This document shows, piece by piece, positions 57,281-60,270 of a DNA stretch of 60,270 nt (positions are counted from its first letter, which is position 1; each line of letters begins with the position of its first letter). Source of the stretch: a virus. Taxonomy: Duplodnaviria; Caudoviricetes. A program made the position numbers and the translations under genes. A model generated the notes under the pieces. It did no database searches. It was not told the DNA's origin and was given only the letters and a program-made list of their open reading frames with translations. Location: the IMG/VR virus record IMGVR_UViG_3300021494_000019, positions 1-60,270 of that record; one strand, 5' to 3'.

Positions 57281-57450
57281 AGTTAAATTGTTGCATTTTA
57301 TATCAAATTAACATATTTTATATTAAATTAATATCTTTTATGTTAAATTAATATATTTTATAGCTAATTAACATATTTTATATATAATTAACAGCTTTTA
57401 TATTAAATTAACAGCTTTTATATTAAATTAATATATTTTATATCAAATTA
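57281..57450. repeat. AT-rich 20-bp tandem repeat (~8 copies)
   Basis: TATTAAATTAAYAKMTTTTA-like units with exact 20-bp period. Confidence 0.9.
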
Positions 57451-57496
57451 ATCAAAATAACCTATATAGATTAACTTGATTAAATTGATTAAAATT

Positions 57497-57575
57497 ATGG
57501 CATAGCTTATGCAATAGCATAAGATATGCCAAAATGACTTGGCATAGATATTGCTAATAGCGTATAGCAGGCCAA
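57497..57575. repeat. Two head-to-head pairs of sigma54-type GG-N10-GC elements
   Basis: ATGGCATAGCTTATGC/TTGGCATATCTTATGC; TTGGCATAGATATTGC/TTGGCCTGCTATACGC. Confidence 0.75.
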
Positions 57576-57619
57576 AATAAGATTGATAAGTAAGATAGCT
57601 AAAAGCGATAAACCCGGAC

Positions 57620-57653
57620 AAAAAAAGCCCGTACAGTGAAACGCTGTACGGGC
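57620..57653 (-). terminator. Rho-independent terminator
   Basis: GCCCGTACAG/CTGTACGGGC stem with T7 on - strand. Confidence 0.85.
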
Positions 57654-57681
57654 AGTGATGAGAAGACTAATCTTATCTAAG

Positions 57682-57936
57682 TCATATTAAACAAGACTCC
57701 ATTTCAGCAAGTACGTCACGGCAACAACCGTATTCACCCCGTACATAGTAACTGATGAAATCTTTACTTGCCTTGTTAATAAAAGCTATATTAGATAGTC
57801 TTATTAACAGACGCTCATCCTCTTTCAAGGGTTGTCCTAAATCAGACAACCTATCGGCAAGCCTTAAACAGGCTTGACCAAATTCAGCTAACTGTTTCTT
57901 GGTTTGTTCCAAATTCCATAATTCCTTTTCCGTCAT
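57682..57936 (-). CDS. hypothetical protein
   Basis: AGGAG SD. Confidence 0.75.
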   Translation of the reverse strand: MTEKELWNLEQTKKQLAEFGQACLRLADRLSDLGQPLKEDERLLIRLSNIAFINKASKDFISYYVRGEYGCCRDVLAEMESCLI

Positions 57937-57951
57937 AGTTTATCTCCTTTT

Positions 57952-57994
57952 AAAAAATTCCCTTGCCCGATGGTGACGTTACCGGGCAAGGGAA
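57952..57994 (-). terminator. Terminator-like hairpin between the two terminal genes
   Basis: TTCCCTTGCCCG/CGGGCAAGGGAA with T6 on - strand. Confidence 0.65.
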
Positions 57995-58001
57995 GTGAGA
58001 G

Positions 58002-58376
58002 TTATGCTAAGGCTTTGCGTATGACACGCTGCCTTAACGATTCCTTAGACTTGCGAACCCTGAGCAAATCCTCAGGTTTGCCATAGCCTAAGGCCTGTAA
58101 GGTTGAGATTTCAACCTTGGATAACTTGCCTTGTGACCATTTTTTGGCAAGTTTTCTCTTTTCTGAAACTTGAAGCTCACGGCTTGCCTTATAATCTTCA
58201 GCCGCAAGGTCACGACTGAATTTTTTTAAGGCTTCATTTAACACCGCTATAGCATCTTTTTCACCTAAAATTTTGACAGCTTCAGAAACGCTGTCAAATT
58301 CCGGATACCGATAGTTTCCTACAGGTATCCTTTTACGGTTTTCAGTGATCGAAAATTTTTCAGTTAGCTTCTTCAT
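58002..58376 (-). CDS. basic hypothetical protein, homolog of 11779-12054
   Basis: AGGAG SD; shared GEKDA and DY.AS...VSE. Confidence 0.8.
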   Translation of the reverse strand: MKKLTEKFSITENRKRIPVGNYRYPEFDSVSEAVKILGEKDAIAVLNEALKKFSRDLAAEDYKASRELQVSEKRKLAKKWSQGKLSKVEISTLQALGYGKPEDLLRVRKSKESLRQRVIRKALA

Positions 58377-58441
58377 AATTTATCTCCTGCCTGTTAGTGA
58401 GTAACCATAGCCAAAGACTATGTTATGTTACTCTAATTATA

Positions 58442-58469
58442 ACTATATCACATATAATCAAGATGTCAA
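58442..58469 (-). promoter_or_regulatory. sigma70-type promoter
   Basis: TTGACA-16 bp-TATAGT with TG. Confidence 0.6.
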
Positions 58470-58562
58470 GTACTTTTTTCACTTTTTTGCAATTTTTTTT
58501 CTGGAAACCCAAAAAATATCTTACGACAATTTTAGCTAAGAATATAATCCGAACTAAACAAG

Positions 58563-58825
58563 TTGGCCTAAGATGTGTTATAGCAATTAACGTACCAAGA
58601 CAGATAAGTCACTTTGGCAAGAGTATTGCTATATCAATTATCATACCAAGATAGCTTATCTTACTTGGCAAGGTTATTGCAATAGCATAACTTAGGCCAA
58701 CTTATGTTGGCAAGAGTATTGCATAAGCAAATAGTATGCCATAGGACTTGGCATGATGTTTGCATAAGCATAAGATGTGCCATAACCTTTTGGCAAGGTT
58801 ATTGCATATGCATAAGGCGTGCCAG
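58563..58825. repeat. Array of six ~36-bp quasi-palindromes, each two head-to-head sigma54-type elements
   Basis: TTGGCA-N6-TTGC-N4-GCA-N7-TGCCA pattern; 10 of 12 half-sites keep GG-N10-GC. Confidence 0.82.
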
Positions 58826-58829
58826 TTAG

Positions 58830-58977
58830 CTTATTTAACTAATTTATGTTATTTAACTTATTCATACCAGCCGGACAAGATTTAACTTATTTAGCTAATT
58901 TATGTTATTTAACTAATTTAACTTATTTAACCTATTTAACGAATTTAACCTATTTAACTTATTTAACTTATTTAACT
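58830..58977. repeat. AT-rich ~9-bp tandem repeat (TATTTAACY)
   Basis: Direct inspection. Confidence 0.85.
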
Positions 58978-58994
58978 CTCAAACGTAAACCTCC

Positions 58995-59290
58995 CTGTCG
59001 CATCCTGTCGTGGCCAGAATGCCGGCGTGTCGCATGAGTCGTGGCCATCCTGTCGGGTGTCGCATAGCGAATGGCCAGAATGCCGAATAGTCACTTAGAA
59101 TGTCGCCATGATGCCTTCGAGTCGCTTAGAAGGTCGTATCCTGGCTCGATGTCGCCATGGATAGGGTCAGAATGGCCAACTGTCGCACAGCGAGTGATCA
59201 TCTAATCAAGCCATCCTGTCGTGGCATCATGGCACTGTCGCCTGGCCAAAGGCCATCGTGGCTAAAGGCCATCTTAGGAGTGTCGCATAG
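58995..59290 (+). repeat. Cluster of same-orientation (T)GTCG(C) motifs
   Basis: More than 10 copies on the + strand interspersed with TGGCCA. Confidence 0.7.
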
Positions 59291-59495
59291 TAGGATTGAT
59301 AATGGTTGTGTGATATATTATCAACTCGGCCCCTTGGCAAGGTCTAAAATAGGTTACGAAGTGTTTTGAAAAACGTTCAATAACGGGCCAAATCGCCACC
59401 TGGCAAGGCCACGGAAAACGACCCTATATAATGGTACTGGCCCCAGGCCAGAATGGCCTTAGAATTGATAACATATCATATCAATCTAACTTCCC

Positions 59496-59519
59496 ATAAT
59501 TTCGCCGTGACGAAATAGC
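59496..59519. promoter_or_regulatory. GTAATTTCG-N6-CGAAATTAC palindrome (degenerate)
   Basis: ATAATTTCG-CCGTGA-CGAAATAGC. Confidence 0.7.
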
Positions 59520-59544
59520 CATGCGGCTAAAGCCGCCAAGGCTA

Positions 59545-59695
59545 ATGGCCATCATGCCTTTCCAGACTACCCAGGCATCATGCCAAGACAGGTGTTAACG
59601 GCATCATGCCACTTCTGTCGACCCGTGGCCAGGTGGCCGTAGCATCATGCCCTTCCAGGTCGCTAAAGGCATTCTGGTCTCGGCCATCATGCCTA
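59545..59695. repeat. Cluster of CATCATGCC motifs
   Basis: 5 copies, some as the GGCATCATGCC quasi-palindrome. Confidence 0.7.
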
Positions 59696-59996
59696 TTTTG
59701 TCGGTCAGGACAGGATGGCTCCTGTCGGATACCATCTTTTGCGGGTTTTAGTGAACATATGTTCAAAATAAGTTATTGAAATTATTGACAGTTTTAAAAT
59801 TTCCTAACAATTTCGGCCACTTACCAATTACGCAAAATTACACACTTCTTGAAAATTGTAAGATGGCTAAAATAGCCTAAAAATAGACCCTTCCTGGGTA
59901 AGAATTTGCCGATGATCTACCCTCTTTTCCTGCTCGCCAGAGTTCTGAAGTTAGATGGTATGATGGCATGATGGTATTTTAAAAGGTTTTGTAGTG

Positions 59997-60179
59997 ATTT
60001 CAATAGGTTATCAATTCTACAAGTTGTGTAGAATTCTGGCGGTGTAGGTACTTGAAATTATTAGTCTTTTTTTCGGCCCGAAAACCCAAGTCAAATTTGC
60101 TAATAATTTCAACCACTTTTCAATTCCACAGAATTCTACGGGCCGGGCGGCTGGAAAAAGTGCCGGAATTACGGAAGAT
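59997..60179. repeat. Right arm of degenerate gapless inverted repeat (partner 20-202)
   Basis: See left arm. Confidence 0.85.
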
Positions 60180-60197
60180 AGAGAAAGCGACATCTCG

Positions 60198-60221
60198 GTA
60201 ATTTCGCCACGGCGAAAAAGC
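60198..60221. promoter_or_regulatory. GTAATTTCG-N6-CGAAATTAC palindrome (degenerate)
   Basis: GTAATTTCG-CCACGG-CGAAAAAGC. Confidence 0.65.
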
Positions 60222-60224
60222 GAA

Positions 60225-60270
<46 letters not shown>

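Noticed and set aside
58563-58825. CRISPR array
   Set aside because: Units are degenerate, separated by only ~5-15 bp with no unique 30-40 bp spacers; no cas genes
58397-59766. ORFs 58397, 58846, 59157 and 59578
   Set aside because: Translations of repeats or promoter DNA with no SD

Overview
The window is an apparently near-complete ~60 kb tailed (siphovirus-type) bacteriophage genome. The left arm (+ strand, ~1.1-26.1 kb) holds many small early genes, including three paralog families. It also encodes ATP-dependent DNA ligase, class II RNR, a PD-(D/E)XK nuclease/AAA_24/SSB recombination set, a ParB-DNA methyltransferase fusion, a UDG-PolA fusion, a DUF3987-like helicase, thyX (with one in-frame TGA), pyrE and an unusual tRNA-like RNA. 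The right arm (- strand, ~57.0-26.1 kb) carries terminase (with an intein), portal, head, neck, tail and lysis genes, with glycosyl- and methyltransferases embedded among the virion genes. The two ends (~57.1-60.3 kb and 1-1.1 kb) form a mostly non-coding mosaic: arrays of head-to-head sigma54-type -24/-12 elements, IHF-like sites, AT-rich tandem repeats, and a gapless ~70%-identical inverted repeat between the two window ends. A 24-bp palindrome (GTAATTTCG-N6-CGAAATTAC) recurs about 9 times across the genome. I recognised no integrase, primase, reverse transcriptase or CRISPR array. All calls come from reading motifs and synteny by eye; no database search was run.
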